DNA of 64,000 nt from Cenococcum geophilum (lineage: Eukaryota), in assembly GCA_050273025.1 (NCBI GenBank), contig CP158635.1, forward strand, positions 13,764,001-13,828,000. The letters are read 5' to 3'. The translations under genes were made by a program, and so were the position numbers. Positions 38,414-51,800 of this stretch are shown here, one piece after another. Under the pieces are notes generated by a model that was not told the DNA's origin, ran no database searches, and saw only the letters and a program-made list of their open reading frames with translations. Within the stretch, counting starts at the first letter, position 1, and each line of letters opens with the position of its first letter.

Positions 38414-41400
38414 CGGAGCGTCTCCGGGCAGAACCATCCCACAGAACCAGATTACTTAGCAATTAGTAAGCTCGCACGGGCCACTATCGCCAACGCCAAA
38501 TTGAATTTGAATAATAAAGCACTATTTACATGTGTAATACTCCAATATTCGGCCGTCTATTTCAACAGGATCCTTTCCCTTTTTACTACCACGCGTGCGC
38601 TTAGCCTTAGGGGACCTAATAGCAAGTGCGCTAGCTTTATGGGCCTCATGCGCGTCTACAGAAGCTCCCTGTCGCGATCGCTTTAATTTCGACGGAATGC
38701 CAACCTCTTTTGGCTCAGGATTACTAGGACCCTCGTCAGTATCACTTACGATTAATGTAAAATTACCACGAGCTAATCGAGTATAGGTCCTTCGAGCTCT
38801 GGTACGCGCCGCTCTACCAGATTGATGGAGTAAGAGAGGTGGCGGCTCTTGATAATTGGTAGGTGCCGAATGGTTCTCAATAGGCTCCTTCTCACTAATA
38901 TTTTGGTGAGGGTCGTCCAATATGGTACCTTGGAGTACTTCCGCGTTATTAAGCCACGAGTCGTCGTCCTCCCCCGCTTCTAAAATGACCACCTCGTCCT
39001 CCAACCCCCCTAAAACTTCGTCATACAGTACCGACGGCTCATCAAACGGTTGCTGCTCATCCTCCTCAATATCCATATCTACTTCGTCGGCTGGCTCTTT
39101 GTTTTGGATTAGAAATTGGCTAAGATCTACGCCGCCGCTCGGTGCCTGCTCCTTCTGCTTCCGGGCCTCCTCCTGCCTTTCCTTTTGGAGCTCTCGTACA
39201 GCGACGTCGGCAGCGCGTTCAGCAATCTCAGCGCTTGTTTTGCCCCGCTGGTTGGCCTTGCCGTGCTTCTTTTTAGGTGGTGGCTGCCAGCGAGCCTTTG
39301 GAGGAACCTTAAATGGAGCGCCCTCGGGTAGCGATCGAAGCTCTGCCTGTCTACTTAAAATAGCCATTTGAGCTACCTCAAAGTCTTCAAATTTGTCAGC
39401 AAGCTCGCCCATTTCTTCAGCAGGAAGGCCCTTAATAATATCAAGGAGGCGGAGAACTGAAAGCCGGATCCTGGTAAGAGCTTCTGGGTGCTCTAGCAGA
39501 GGGTCGCCTTGGAACGCCATATCCTTAATATATCGCGGTTGCCAATCTGGAGCGGCAATTAGCTTTGTTGCGATACACTAGCGAGGGTGGATTAAAGCCG
39601 GCGATATAGGAAGCTTCTGCATTAAGCATCGAATAAGCATATGGCGACAGGGGAGGCCATATCGGTAGGGGTCCTCGCAGCTGCAGTCGTCCTGCTTCTA
39701 CTCCCGATCGGCCCACTCCTGCTTTTCCTTATTTGTCGAAGCTCTTGCGCCACGTATGGAGTTAAAGATTCGCTCAAGCGCGTAGTGTGTTACTACACCG
39801 TTAATCTCCGCGAAGTGGTGCTGAAAGAGATCTAGGGTGATAATTCGGGGGAGGGATATTTCGGACGTATATTCGGATTTGATCAATTCCTTACATAATA
39901 TTGAAATCTACTTTTTTAGCTTAATTATAGTATCCTCAAGACCTAATTGATAATTGGTAAAGCATTTTAATCCTCTGTTAATACCCTCGCCTCGTTGGCT
40001 TGCTGCTGCACCTAAATTTGGAAGGTATCTAGTGAGGGGAAGTAAGCGGTTAAGGAAAAGTTGACGTTAAAATAAGGTTTTTAAGCCGGGGAACAGAATA
40101 TCGTCAATAGGCATTTGGATTAGCTTTACTATAGGCCGGCCTATAGTAAAACTCATCTAAATACCTCTTGGCGATATTCTGTTCCCCAGCCTAAAAGTTA
40201 ACCTTAATATAGAAAGCTTACTAAAACTTACCTAATATAGCAGGTAATTATCTGGCTCTCCTTTTCAACGTATATAGTCTGAAACCACACCTTATTGCAC
40301 GGGTGTAGCTTATTTAGGACTGCCTTTCGATTGGCTTTAAGCTCTACTACCGTTTCAGATTTTAGGTAGGGCCAAAATAGTTCCTTTACTACCTTCCTCT
40401 CTTCCGCCGAGTAGCCATGCGGCCTCTTAGCCTTTGTCTGGATCCCCTCATTAATCCGCTTCTTCATTGCCTTTGCGGCGTGCCACTGGCAGTACTGGAG
40501 AACAACTGTAATTAACTGCCCTACTAATAAGGCGGCTGCAAGGCCCTTACCAAAGTCGGCAATAATAACTTTAGGTGGCCGTTTCCAAAGCTTCTGCTAA
40601 GCAGACTCCAGGAAGAAGGCTTAATCTGGCTGAGACTCGCTCTTAATAAACGACTGCATTGCTGGAAAAGAGGACCCTGTATTAGTGACGCCAGTAATAA
40701 TAGCCAATAGGAGCTTGGATCGATTGGTATTAAATATGGCGTCCATTTGGCAGCCAAAGTTAGTAATAAACCTTTGCGCTAAATCTACCTGGATAGGAAG
40801 CCAGAACATAAGCTGCTGGAGACTCCGGGCAATTGGACGACCTGATTCTGGATTAATCGTGTAGGTATATTGAGACCGGTACTCAAATCTATGCTGGTGG
40901 AGAAGCAGCTTAAGCGCGCCGAGCGCCCGCGGCTGGCCCTCAGCTCCACTAGGAAGGCCGCTCAATGATTGTGCTAAGCCATAGTATTTCTTCTTGCTTA
41001 TATGCAACTCCCGGGCAGAAAGTTGACGCTGCGCAGTAAGATAGGTCTCTCGTATTGCCCTAAGAGCATAGGCTTCTGCGGCTGCCTCTTTGGCCTCTGG
41101 TAGTCGATCCTGGTGGCTAATATAAGCAAGAGGATTAGCAACAAAGTCGTGCGCACGGGCCTCTGGATTGTCTGGATTACTATACTTAGTGTAGGTAAGA
41201 GTCGCCACCTACCCATATACTAAGCCTATATGCTTAATAAGCTGTTTCTAGGCCACCCGAATACTCCAGCTGCACCTTATCTGGTGCACCTTGGTGGCCT
41301 CTCGCTGACGGTTGCTGTTTTCACCGCGAAAGTCGTCCAATTTGCGGTAGTTTCGGGTGTACTCGCCATGGTGCTTGCAGATAAAAATGGTGCGCGGCCG

Positions 41401-42429
41401 TAGAGTATCTAGGCCAGATACTGATAATTTAACGATAAAGAAACCTTTAGAGAATGCATAGTCCTGATATCGATTGAATGCGGCGTTAATATCCTCAAAA
41501 TTTTCACCCGTATATGGCTCTAAAAGGTGTTGGGCCGGCATTGAGTTAACTACCTTTTTTACTACTGGTACTAAATCTAGGTGTAACCGGGGGTTCGGCT
41601 TCCACTCTAGACGCTTAATTTCGACTTCTGGCAACGGTGATTGAAGCCATAGTGGAAGAGGATTTGTGGTATAGTGTTCCGAGGCAGCGGAAGCAGCCCG
41701 ACGTTTACGGCGGGTAGGGGGTGGTGTTCTAGGTGGTGGTAGAGTAGGGAAAGGCTCCTCCGCAGAAGCCTGCATATCTGCTTGAGACGCTGCCGGACGG
41801 TTCTGTACTGTAAACCAGGGCCTGCGGAGCCACGAAGGACCTTGAGTAACCTCGTGCGAGGGAGTAGGGACGGTTTGGCAAGGTGGTGGTGTATTAAAGA
41901 CCTCAATTGGGTTACTCTGGCTGTCGCCAAGTTTTCGAAAAGGTGCAGCCAAAGGAGCGCCAGAGGGGGCAGCGGATGCAGTAGCGACAGCTGGACGGGC
42001 CCACCTGGTCTGCAGGAGCTCCTCAAGGTTAGGAAGGGACGAATTAATATTAAACAAAGAGCTATCGGCCATACCATGTAATAGGAAGTTAATATAGGCT
42101 TTGGAAGAGGTAGATTTAACATAGATTTGCGGTGATAATCCTTTAGAAATGAACTATTCTATACTCCGACTTCGGCCTTTAATATTTTACCCCGCACGGT
42201 AGTGTTCTTTATAAGCTGTTTAGGGCTTATTATTAGTATACTAGACTGTTGATCTATCACCTCAGATAAGCATATATGCTATGTGGTTGGTGGAATATTA
42301 AGCTATTTGGATTGCGGTAGACACTGGCTTTTTTGAAGTTGATTATGCGTTGGCGATAGTGGCCCGTGCGAGCTTACTAATTGCTAAGTAATCTGGTTCT
42401 GTGGGATGGTTCTGCCCGGAGACGCTCCG
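38414..42429 (-). mobile_element. Mutator-like element (MULE) with a lightly mutated transposase
   Basis: Identical 83-bp TIRs (38414-38496, 42347-42429); 9-bp TSD TGCAATTAG. Confidence 0.95.
38522..42072 (-). pseudogene. MULE transposase, interrupted by several stops
   Basis: FAR1-like QDYAFSKGF..V...FICKHHG; MULE domain MDA.FNTNRSKL.LA.ITGVTNTG.SFP, ADFGKGL, QYCQWH; intron 40029-40231 joins CYIR|YLPNLGAAASQRGEG; acidic C-terminal ORF 38522-39520. Confidence 0.88.
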
Positions 42430-43641
42430 TGCAATTAGACTCGGCCCAATATGGCCTAGGCTATAGGAAAGCTCTATTAGTTCCTATATAACCCTACCGA
42501 ACTATATATAGATGCCGCGATATAGGTACTCGCCTACTATGCAGGGACGATTAACTTAGGCATAGAATTCGGCTTACCCTAAGGGCAGCAGCTACCTCCG
42601 AAGGTCTTCGCCGAGGCGTCAGCTACGGACTATACTACCCCTAATTGTAATAGGGAATATAGCGAAAGCCCACTAGGTAATATACCTAACCTACAGCTAT
42701 ATAGCTATAGCGATGCAGCATTCGCAGATGCAGTCGATAGGAAGTTAACTTCTAGCTATATCTATAAGCTAGCGGGTGGCCTAGTTTTATACAAGTTAAG
42801 TAAGCAATTAATTCTTACAACCTCTACTACAGAGGCTGAGTATGTAGTAATAACGCATGCGGCTAAGGAAGCCTTATGGCTCCGTCAATTGCTTACTAAT
42901 TTAGGCTATACTGGAAAGGACCTACTACTAATACACTTATATGGCGACAATTAACCAGCTATCAGCCTTGCTAAAAGCGACGACTACCACGCGCGTACTA
43001 AGCACTTTAAGCTATACTAGCACTACATTCGTGACAAGGTTCAAAGCAGCGTGATCCACCTATAGCACGTTCCTACGAGTAGTATAGTGGCAGATGGTCT
43101 TACGAAGCCACTGTTAACAACTTAGTTTAGGAACTTCGTTAAGTAGCTAGGCCTCGTCCGATGTAATATAGACACTAAACCTAAGTAGGAAATCGTACAC
43201 AGGCCGGTAAATCCTTGGAGGATACGCTATTCGACGATTTAGACCAATGCTAACGACTTCTAAATAAGGGATGAGAACGATGTAGAGCTCGTAACGGGTA
43301 ATTGATTATAGCTTAGGGAAAGGTTAAATAGGACCTATAGGACAATTGGAGGATTATAAGGTGTTTCTTTTATATATTATCAAGTTTAACACTAATTTAG
43401 GAAGGATCTGCTTCTGTTTTGGTGGAGTACTAGGGGGTGTAATAATGGTTCTGGAGGAGTCCTCCATATTCGTTTCTGGCTTACATAAGCAGATTCCCTT
43501 TGTTTCTATTGTGGTTAGAGTTAATAAGTAACCACTTCTGACTTAGTAGGTATAGGCCTATATAAGGGCCTATATTCGTTATAGATAGATTCGATAGATT
43601 TATATTTATTCTTTTATCCTCAGATCCAGTTCATTATAGAG

Positions 43642-45334
43642 GAGGGAGTATTTATAGACGGGAGGAGGCCTGCGAATAGGAGATTAGGCAGCTATAATAT
43701 AGACATTAACGTTGCTTAACTAACACCTACTAGACGCCCCTCCGTCCTTCCTGTCTCCTCTCTTACCCGTCTCTTTATTAGATGCTATTTATATTACCAC
43801 GTTAACTAATAGATCCCTTAGTGGGGACTAGGGAGGGGTATTGGAGCACCTCTAGCTCTTATAAGGAAGAAGAAAGAAGAAGGGAGGAAGGTGTAGAAGA
43901 GGGAGTATTTATAGATGGGAGGAGGCCTATAAACGGGAGATTAGGCAGCTATAATATAGACATTAATATTACTTAACTGACACCTACCGGACGCCCCTCC
44001 GTCCTTCCTATCTCCTCTCTCATCCGTCTCCTCGTTAGATGCTATTATATCGCTACGTTAACTAATAGATCCCTTAGTGGGGACTAGGGAGGGGTATTAG
44101 AGCACCTTTAGCTCTTATAAGGAAGAAGAAAAAAAGAAAGGAAGGTATAGAGGAGGGAGTATTTATAGATAGGAAGAGGCCTATGAACGGGAGATTAGGC
44201 AGCTATAGTATAGACGTTAATATTGCTCGGCTAACACCTACCGGACGCCCCTCCGTCCTTCCTATCTCCTCTCTTACCCGTCTCCTTATTAGATGCTATT
44301 TATATCGCCACGTCAACTAATAGATCCCTTAGTGGGGACTAGGGAGGGGTATTGGAGCACCTCTAGCTCTTATAAGGAAGAAGAAAAGAAGAGAGGAAGG
44401 TGTAGAGGAGGGAGTATTTATAGACGGGAGGAGGCCTATAAGTATAGGAGATTAGGCAGCCATAATATAGCCATTAAAGTTGCTCGACTGACACCTACTA
44501 GAGGCTCCTCCGTCCTTCCTATCTTCTCTCTCGCCCGTCTCCTCGTCTGATGCTGTCTATATTACTATATTAACTAATAGATCTCTTAGTGAAGACTAAG
44601 GAGTATTAGAGCACCTCTAGCTCTTATAAGGAAGAAGAAAAGAAGAGAGGAAGGTGTAGAGAAGGGAGTATTTATAGACAGGAGGAGCCCCTGTAAGTAC
44701 GTAATTTGGTAAATACTAATAAGTATAAGATTCTCGTATAAGATAGGCTTAATTGCTTACTAAAATATGGGGTGTCTCTGTCACTGTAGTGGCTACTATA
44801 GTGGTAGAGACGCCTTAAATATTTAATGTAACCGACTACTAAGGCTGTTAATAAGTGAAAGGTAGGCTACCAATATAGTGCGAATGATATAGTTGTTAAT
44901 ATCGTTTATAGCCTATTTTTGCTTCTAGTGTACGCGTAAATTATCCTTATATTTGGCGTAGAGCTAGTTATAGGCAGTAAGCTGATTTAGGTCTAGCTTT
45001 GCTATCGATATAGCTATAAGTAGTATATCCCTTAGTATGGGCCGACTTAGTAGTTCTAGCTTTAGAAGATTGTTTTTCTTCTTAGAGGGGTCGATATACT
45101 GCTATACCTTATTATTTTTAGCTGTGTCTTAAATAATAAAGAACTATTAAATCTAATCGGGTGGCTTATTAAGGATAAGGTTAATTTTTAATTTAGTAGA
45201 GGTCGTCATTTTTAGAATTTAACAGGTTAGGAAGGGTCTAGATTAGGGTCTAGCTAGCGTCTTAGCAGAACCTTATTTAAACATTCCGAACTTTTAATTT
45301 AATTTGTTAGTTTATTTGTTAGTTAGATTTTGTT
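43642..45334. repeat. Left arm of a long inverted repeat: ~255-bp tandem array (43642-44690) plus a Copia-like gag N-terminal fragment (~44830-45215, minus)
   Basis: The unit marker GGGAGTATTTATAGA recurs at 43644, 43901, 44155, 44410 and 44664. The arm is the reverse complement of 56664-58178. Confidence 0.92.
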
Positions 45335-45849
45335 ACAGGGAGCGCGATTAATAACCCCTACTAATAGCTCTAACCACGTCTAATTTTTAATTTATAAATC
45401 GGCAGATCTATAGGTAATAGTTATTTTAAGTAGCTCTAGGTGCAGTATATATAAAATCTTAACTATAGTGTAGAGAAGTTATGGCTGCTAATATGCGGTC
45501 CTAAGTAGCATATATTCTTGGAGGTCACGTAACTCCTTATATAAGCGACATTTCCGCCCTTTAAAAAAAATTCCAAAAATTCCAAAAATTAATTAACGCT
45601 ATAGACAGCAGTAATATTGATCCGGTAATACTGCTAATTCTCCCTATATACTATTATATATATATCTAACAGCTCTAAAAGCGGTAAGAAGGTAGGACGG
45701 ATAGGGGGGTTAAAATTTAGAAAATTGGATTTTGCGGTTAAGCTGTTTAAAAGTTAGGAAACTAAGATAAATGCCGTATTCTCCGCTTACCTCCGAGCCA
45801 GTATATAATTTTTTAATTAGGAAAAGTTGTTTATAAGTAATTACTACTG

Positions 45850-48800
45850 CCTTTATACAAAATCTTCTTATTATACCTCTTTAGTCTTACTTATAAATAA
45901 CTGAAATTATTTTATATTGAACCTATATTTAAATATAAGCCCTAAAAGCTTCTTAACTTATAAGATTGCTATATAGGTTAGCCCGGCTATCTTATCCTTT
46001 TCCTTAATATCTAGAACTACCCGGTTAAGTATTAGGCCCTAGCTTTTATATACGGTAAGAGTAAAAGCTAAAGTAATTAGAAATTGACGCCGTAAGTAAG
46101 AGCCTTTTATACCCTCCTACTTACGAAGTACGGAAAATATAGGGATGACCTTCTTACCATCCTACTAAGTAAATAGGGTAGGTCTGTTATACTTATCTAC
46201 TGTAACTAGTAGTAACTAAGGCTGATCCTTTTTAATATCCGCATGTCCCTTCCATATAACGTCTTTAACTATACTAGTAGTACCGTTTACTAAGCCTAGT
46301 TTAACCCAGATATTTTATATTAGTATTACTTTCGCGCTAATATATAGGGCTAGATTCTCTATAGTATCGCACTAATTAGGAGTAACTTTCTGCGCACCTA
46401 CACTAGTATTAAATAACTTAATAGCTACTATTGGCTGTAAAAGGTTACGAAGCCGAATAGTATTATACTTACCTATAGCAGCGCGTGCGCTATATAGCCG
46501 AATTATATTATTAAAGCCCGCAACCTTATTGGTGGATAGGCCCTGCTTATACCTAGTTAAAAGAAGCTTCTAGGTTAAATTACTTATAGAATTACTACGT
46601 AGCTCTGTAAGGCGGTCCTAAATATAGAGCTCTTAGCGTTATTACCGCCCTACCGCATAACTTAATCTAGGATAGCTGTTCGGTTAATTGCCTTATAGGC
46701 TCCCTTTCTATAGCTGGCTAGCTCTAACGGCCTAGCGGGTAGATTGCTATATAAGGCCGCCTAACCTATAGGGGGAAGCTAATAGAAATTGCCTACTAGT
46801 AAGATGTTTAAGCCTTTAAAGTAGTTATTGTTACGCGTAGGGTAAATTTAATGGAGGCGGTAATTAATCTAAGCTAGATATACTTGCCTAATTATAGATT
46901 TCTTGTTAAGGATAAGATAGTAAATATCCTTAAAAGCTTGTTGTAGAGGCGTAAGACTAGTAGTAGGCAATTTGTTAAACGGATGGTTTACTGGCAACCT
47001 TAATAGATTGTATATAGTTCTACCGTTAATACTAAAGGTAGCTACCCTAGTAGGGGCGGCTTAAGCTAATAGTAACGGCTTGCTATTAGCCCTTACTATA
47101 TTATAGAGCGTAGTAAAGAGGACAGCAATAAGATACGATTTGCCGGTTCCTGCCTCTCTATTAATGTTAATCCGCAGTAAGGGGGGGCCAAGGCCCACTT
47201 AGATCTGCCTATAGTGATTAACTATAGCGTTATAGATATAACGCTAACCTAGTTGTAAGGAGGACGGGGTTGCTGTTTAGGATAGGCGGCTTAATAGTAG
47301 AGGCTATAGCCGTGCTTCCTGCTAATAAGTCCTCTTATTAAGCTGCGGGTACGTACCCTAATGCGTACTTTAGTTGTAGTTATAATTAAGCTCCCTATTA
47401 CTAAGCCTATTAGGATCCTTAATTTTAACTCCGTTGGTATTTTAAACGCGGGCATATAGGGCCTTAAAGGACTAGTATAGCTCTAAGTCGTCTATAAAAT
47501 CGCCCTTAAACTTATTAATATTATTAGTAGTTTTATAACCTTCCTCTAGTTTCTAATTATAGAAGTAGTTAGGCGGGTGCTAATAAGAGTTAACGTAAGC
47601 CTAATAGGAAGCTATATAATTAGGGGCCCTAAATCTATTAGTATAAGTAGCTACTTCCTTATACTCCCTCTACGGGTGATAAAGAATAAGCTTTATATGG
47701 CAGAACTTAGGATATTACAGATGGGAACAATTACTGTTATATTGCGGAAAGTACGATATAACTTAAGGCCTTGCTTTTAGCCGACGCTTATAAGTAGAGT
47801 AATTAAAATAAAGTAGAAAATTAAGGAAAGTAACGTCCTCTACCCTATCTAGACGGCGCTTATATTTCTTATAGTTAAATAGCCCACACCCTTTTAGTTG
47901 CCTATTATTAAGCTTATATATAGCGCTTTAATCGTCCTCCTAGTAGTAGTTTAAAGTTACTATATTCCTAAAGCCTTTGTAAAGGGGAATATTAAGAAGT
48001 AGATGGTATACCTCCTACGCTAACTAATTGTATTTAGTAATAAGCTTATTTATAAACCTAGCTACGACTAAACTAAAGGCATAAAGGCTATTAGCGTGCG
48101 GCTATACTAATTAGAGTAGCTCCTAGTAGGAAGTTAACTTCTTCTCTTTCTTGCTGCAATATTTGCCTATATAGTTAACTATTACTAATACGCTTATAGC
48201 GGGTGACGTATTAATATTTGCTATCTACGCTAATATTATAGCTGCGTTGTAACTATTAAGAAGCTTATTATTACGCTATAGACAGAACGTCTAGTAATAT
48301 AGATTTTAATCCTTTAATATAGCGGCCTTATTGCGAAGAGAGCGTGGAAAATAAAAGCGGCACTCCTTTACTCCAGTAGAGCCTTTCTTTAATCTTAAGC
48401 AGTAAGATTTGGTGCAATTACAGTGCCGTTAAAATTAATTAAGGTAGGCAGTAAGAAGCTTACTAGTATTAAGCTATTCTTTATAGCTAAGAGTAGAAGG
48501 ATATTAGAGATCAGGAGGCCTAGATTAATTAGAATTTATTGTAGATATAAAAGTAGTCCAGTACTTAGTAAAAGCCGCCCTTAATTTACTAGCTAACGGA
48601 TCTAGCCTTAGGGCTGTTAAACTCCATAAAAAGCCATATATATAGCCGCTACCTTATACCTACCACTTAAATTAGGACTAAAAGTTAGTGCTATTAAATA
48701 GACCTATAAGCACGTGCTTCCTAAACAGATCGAAGCGGCGATGCAACTAGTAAGCAGCAATATATAGATTATTGTTAAGATTTTAAGAAGCAATCTAGTA

Positions 48801-51800
48801 GCGCTAAGCCTTATTAGCAGCCTTATATTCGTTAAATAGAGGTATATAAAAGTATAGATTATACTAATATAGATCAGCAGCGCTAAGTATAAAGAATAGA
48901 GACCTGCTCTTAATATTCTCAGCATAAGCCATAAGCTTATTTCTCTTCTACCTTTAGTAAGGTCTAGTGCCCTTAAGGTTCCGTATATGCCGTACAATCT
49001 TATTTAGCAACTAGCTACCCCTACTGCCATTTATAAGATTACTAAGCTTATTTAAAGACAGACTATTTTTATCTAATCGGCTGTAGAGGAAGCGGGTAGT
49101 GTTAAGGGCTTGCTCTCTTATAATCCGATTAAACACGTAGTAGCGAAATAAGGGGTAGCGGCTAAACCAACCGTCCTAATACTTAAGCATATACTTGGCG
49201 TACGCAGCTAGGGTAACCGTACGGCTTCGTGGCATATCAAAATCGGCTTTACTATAAGAAAACAGAGTAGGAAAGGCGCCGCGCATAATAAAACTAGCTA
49301 ATCGCTTAGAGAGAGGTGTTTATCGCACAGTAGGAACCTCTAGGCCCGCTTATAGGTCTTATTAGTGTTAAACCTCACGACCCAAAAGCTCTAATTTATT
49401 AAGGTTAGGCACTAAATTAGGAACCAAAGTATCTAGTACATCGTCATCAAATTCGCCGTCCGGTATATTAGTGCCAAGCTCGGTAGGTAGAGGATTAACA
49501 GCAGGACGTTGCATAGGAGCAGTAGGGTAAGCCGTCAGGCCACTGGAATTAGACTCTAACTTATTAATATAAGGTAGCTGATCTAATATAGAGCTATTTT
49601 CAGGTAAGCTGGTAAGCCAGGTGCTATATATTTCAACGTCGCGATAATTAGGATAATTGACCTTTAGAAAGTAAAGCTATAGTAATATAGCAGAGCGCCT
49701 TACGGTATACCGCTTGGTAAACCATCAACTTAGGTATTCGCCACCCTCTACTGCTATAGGCCTCACGACTAGTATATTAAGTTTAGTAGGTAGCCGTAGT
49801 AGCTGCCTCTAAGTCTTTGGTGTATTCTGGCCAAAGCAGCAGATATAACTAGTATAGCGATATTGCTAGCCGCATACACGCACGACTTGCAGATAAACGT
49901 ATACGCGCGCAATTAGAAGCTCCTCTACCGCGGTAAATATAGGTAAGAAGCCAGGAATAGGCCCTAGATCGAGCTTATTGCTTTCACCAAATAGGGGAAA
50001 AAGGGTTAGATATTTAAGGCTATCGGCGTCCTTAATGCAGGCTTTATATATACCTATATTGTTACCCTCCGTAGCTAGGCCTATTTGGAACCACTACTCC
50101 TTATAACGGCTGCACGTCTCTATACATTTAGCCTATAGTATACTCCTAAACTTCTTAATTCACTCCCAATTAACAGCTAAAACGGGTAATGGTGTGGCCG
50201 TAGTTGGAGTAGGAGTAGGTATTAGCAGTAGAGTAGGTATAGGAGCTAGTTCTAGCAAGGACGTATTTAGGCTATTTAGTGTACCTCTTCTACTATATAG
50301 AGCTTTATCTATAGTATATAGTGGAGGAGTAGGTAAGTAAGCTTCACCCTGCCGATTAAGAATGCGGTACTCCCATTATATTACCCTAATTGTCTTCCGC
50401 CATTAAGCTATTTTAGGGGTATCTTAGCTATTCTAGCCGCGAGGCAGGAAGGCGTTCTCGGTATTATTTCTAGGTAGAGCAGTTTACTAGCGCCTTATAG
50501 GATAATTCTTAGTAGTAAAACCTGTTAAAATAGGTATAGTTTAATAATTATTTTTATTAAGCATATATATCTAAGAGGGTGGGGAAGCAATAATTATATA
50601 GAAGAGTGTTAGAGGTTCCACCCGACAAGAAGTAATACACGCTAACTGGAACCTACTTTAATAGCCCTCCTTAAGCTAAATATAGGTAACAATATAAAGG
50701 TTATAAGAGACGTTAATATCTCTCTAAACCTAAAGCATCTCTAAATGCATAAAATGCATCTTTTAGCAGCGCCTTAGTAAAACCATTAGCCATTTATTAA
50801 CTTGTTTGTATGTATTCTAGCTTAATATCTCCGTCTATAACCTTCTCCTAAATAAAGTAATATTAGAGAGCAATATGCTTAGTTTAAGCGTAAAACTTAG
50901 GGTCTTTTGCAAGAGTAATAGCACCTTAATTGTTGGCGTAAATGATTGTTGCGTAAGGGGATTTGTTAGTTAGAGATAGTTTTTAAAGGAGTTATTATAA
51001 CTAAATAGCTTCTTTTACTGCAACTGTTTATACTATATACTCTACTTTATAGGTTAAAAGTGCTACTATAGGTTAGCGCTTTAAGGACTAGCTAATTACA
51101 CCGCTTTTAATATTAAACATAAATCCTAATATTAATCTTTAAGTTTTTAAGTCATCTGCCCAGCTAGAGTCTATAAACCCCCAAAGCGCTTATATCTCTC
51201 CTTAGAGGACGAGTTAGAGGTTAAGTATACCGCGTAAGTAGGAAAGTATTTAAAGAATAGCTTGTATATAAGACTTATCGGGATTAAAAGTAAAGTAACT
51301 AATAAGGGAGACGGCGAAGGCGATATTAGGTTAAGTACCAAGTATAGCGTATATTAGGGTGCTAACTAGCAATTAGTATTAAGTCTTAAACGCAGAGTTA
51401 GCCTAATAATTTACCGCCGCTGGTTAAAGACAAGAGGTTCCTATTAGCGTAAGGTAAGGGAAACAGTTCTAAAGACTAGCGCTATAAATAGCCTCTTTAA
51501 GGTAAGAGAATTAGCTAAGCCGTAGTTTACGGAGTTATTAATCTTAAGTTACTTTTATACTAAGGTAATAAGCAATAGGGCCTAGATTAGTTATGCTAAA
51601 GCATCCGCTAAGTTAAGCTTTAATAATATCTAGTCTAATAAGTAGGAGGTTATTAACGTAGACTGCGATATATATAGAACCTTTAGCGGAGACTAAAGAG
51701 TTAGAGTTAAGGGGTTTAAAACTAGCATCTATAAGGAACTTTAAGAGCGTTTAATGCTAAACTTAAGGCGACTGTTTAAGACCGTAAAGTGCTTTATTTA

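Larger units (their letters stand above)
29690..43636 (+). mobile_element. Full-length Ty1/Copia retrotransposon (Copia-1), RIP-inactivated, carrying two nested DNA transposons
   Basis: 197-bp LTRs at 29690-29886 and 43440-43636; 5-bp TSD TAGAG; GGTTATAAGC after the 5' LTR; zinc knuckle ~31050; protease WIADS ~31312; integrase ~36080-36850; RT DVITAFLNG / ALYGLKQA / VYIDDL; RNase H YSDAAFAD...STTEAEY ~42705-42845. Confidence 0.96.

Noticed and set aside
38501..42122. Alternative-frame and + strand ORFs within the MULE
   Set aside because: They are shadows of the GC-rich transposase and show no motifs.
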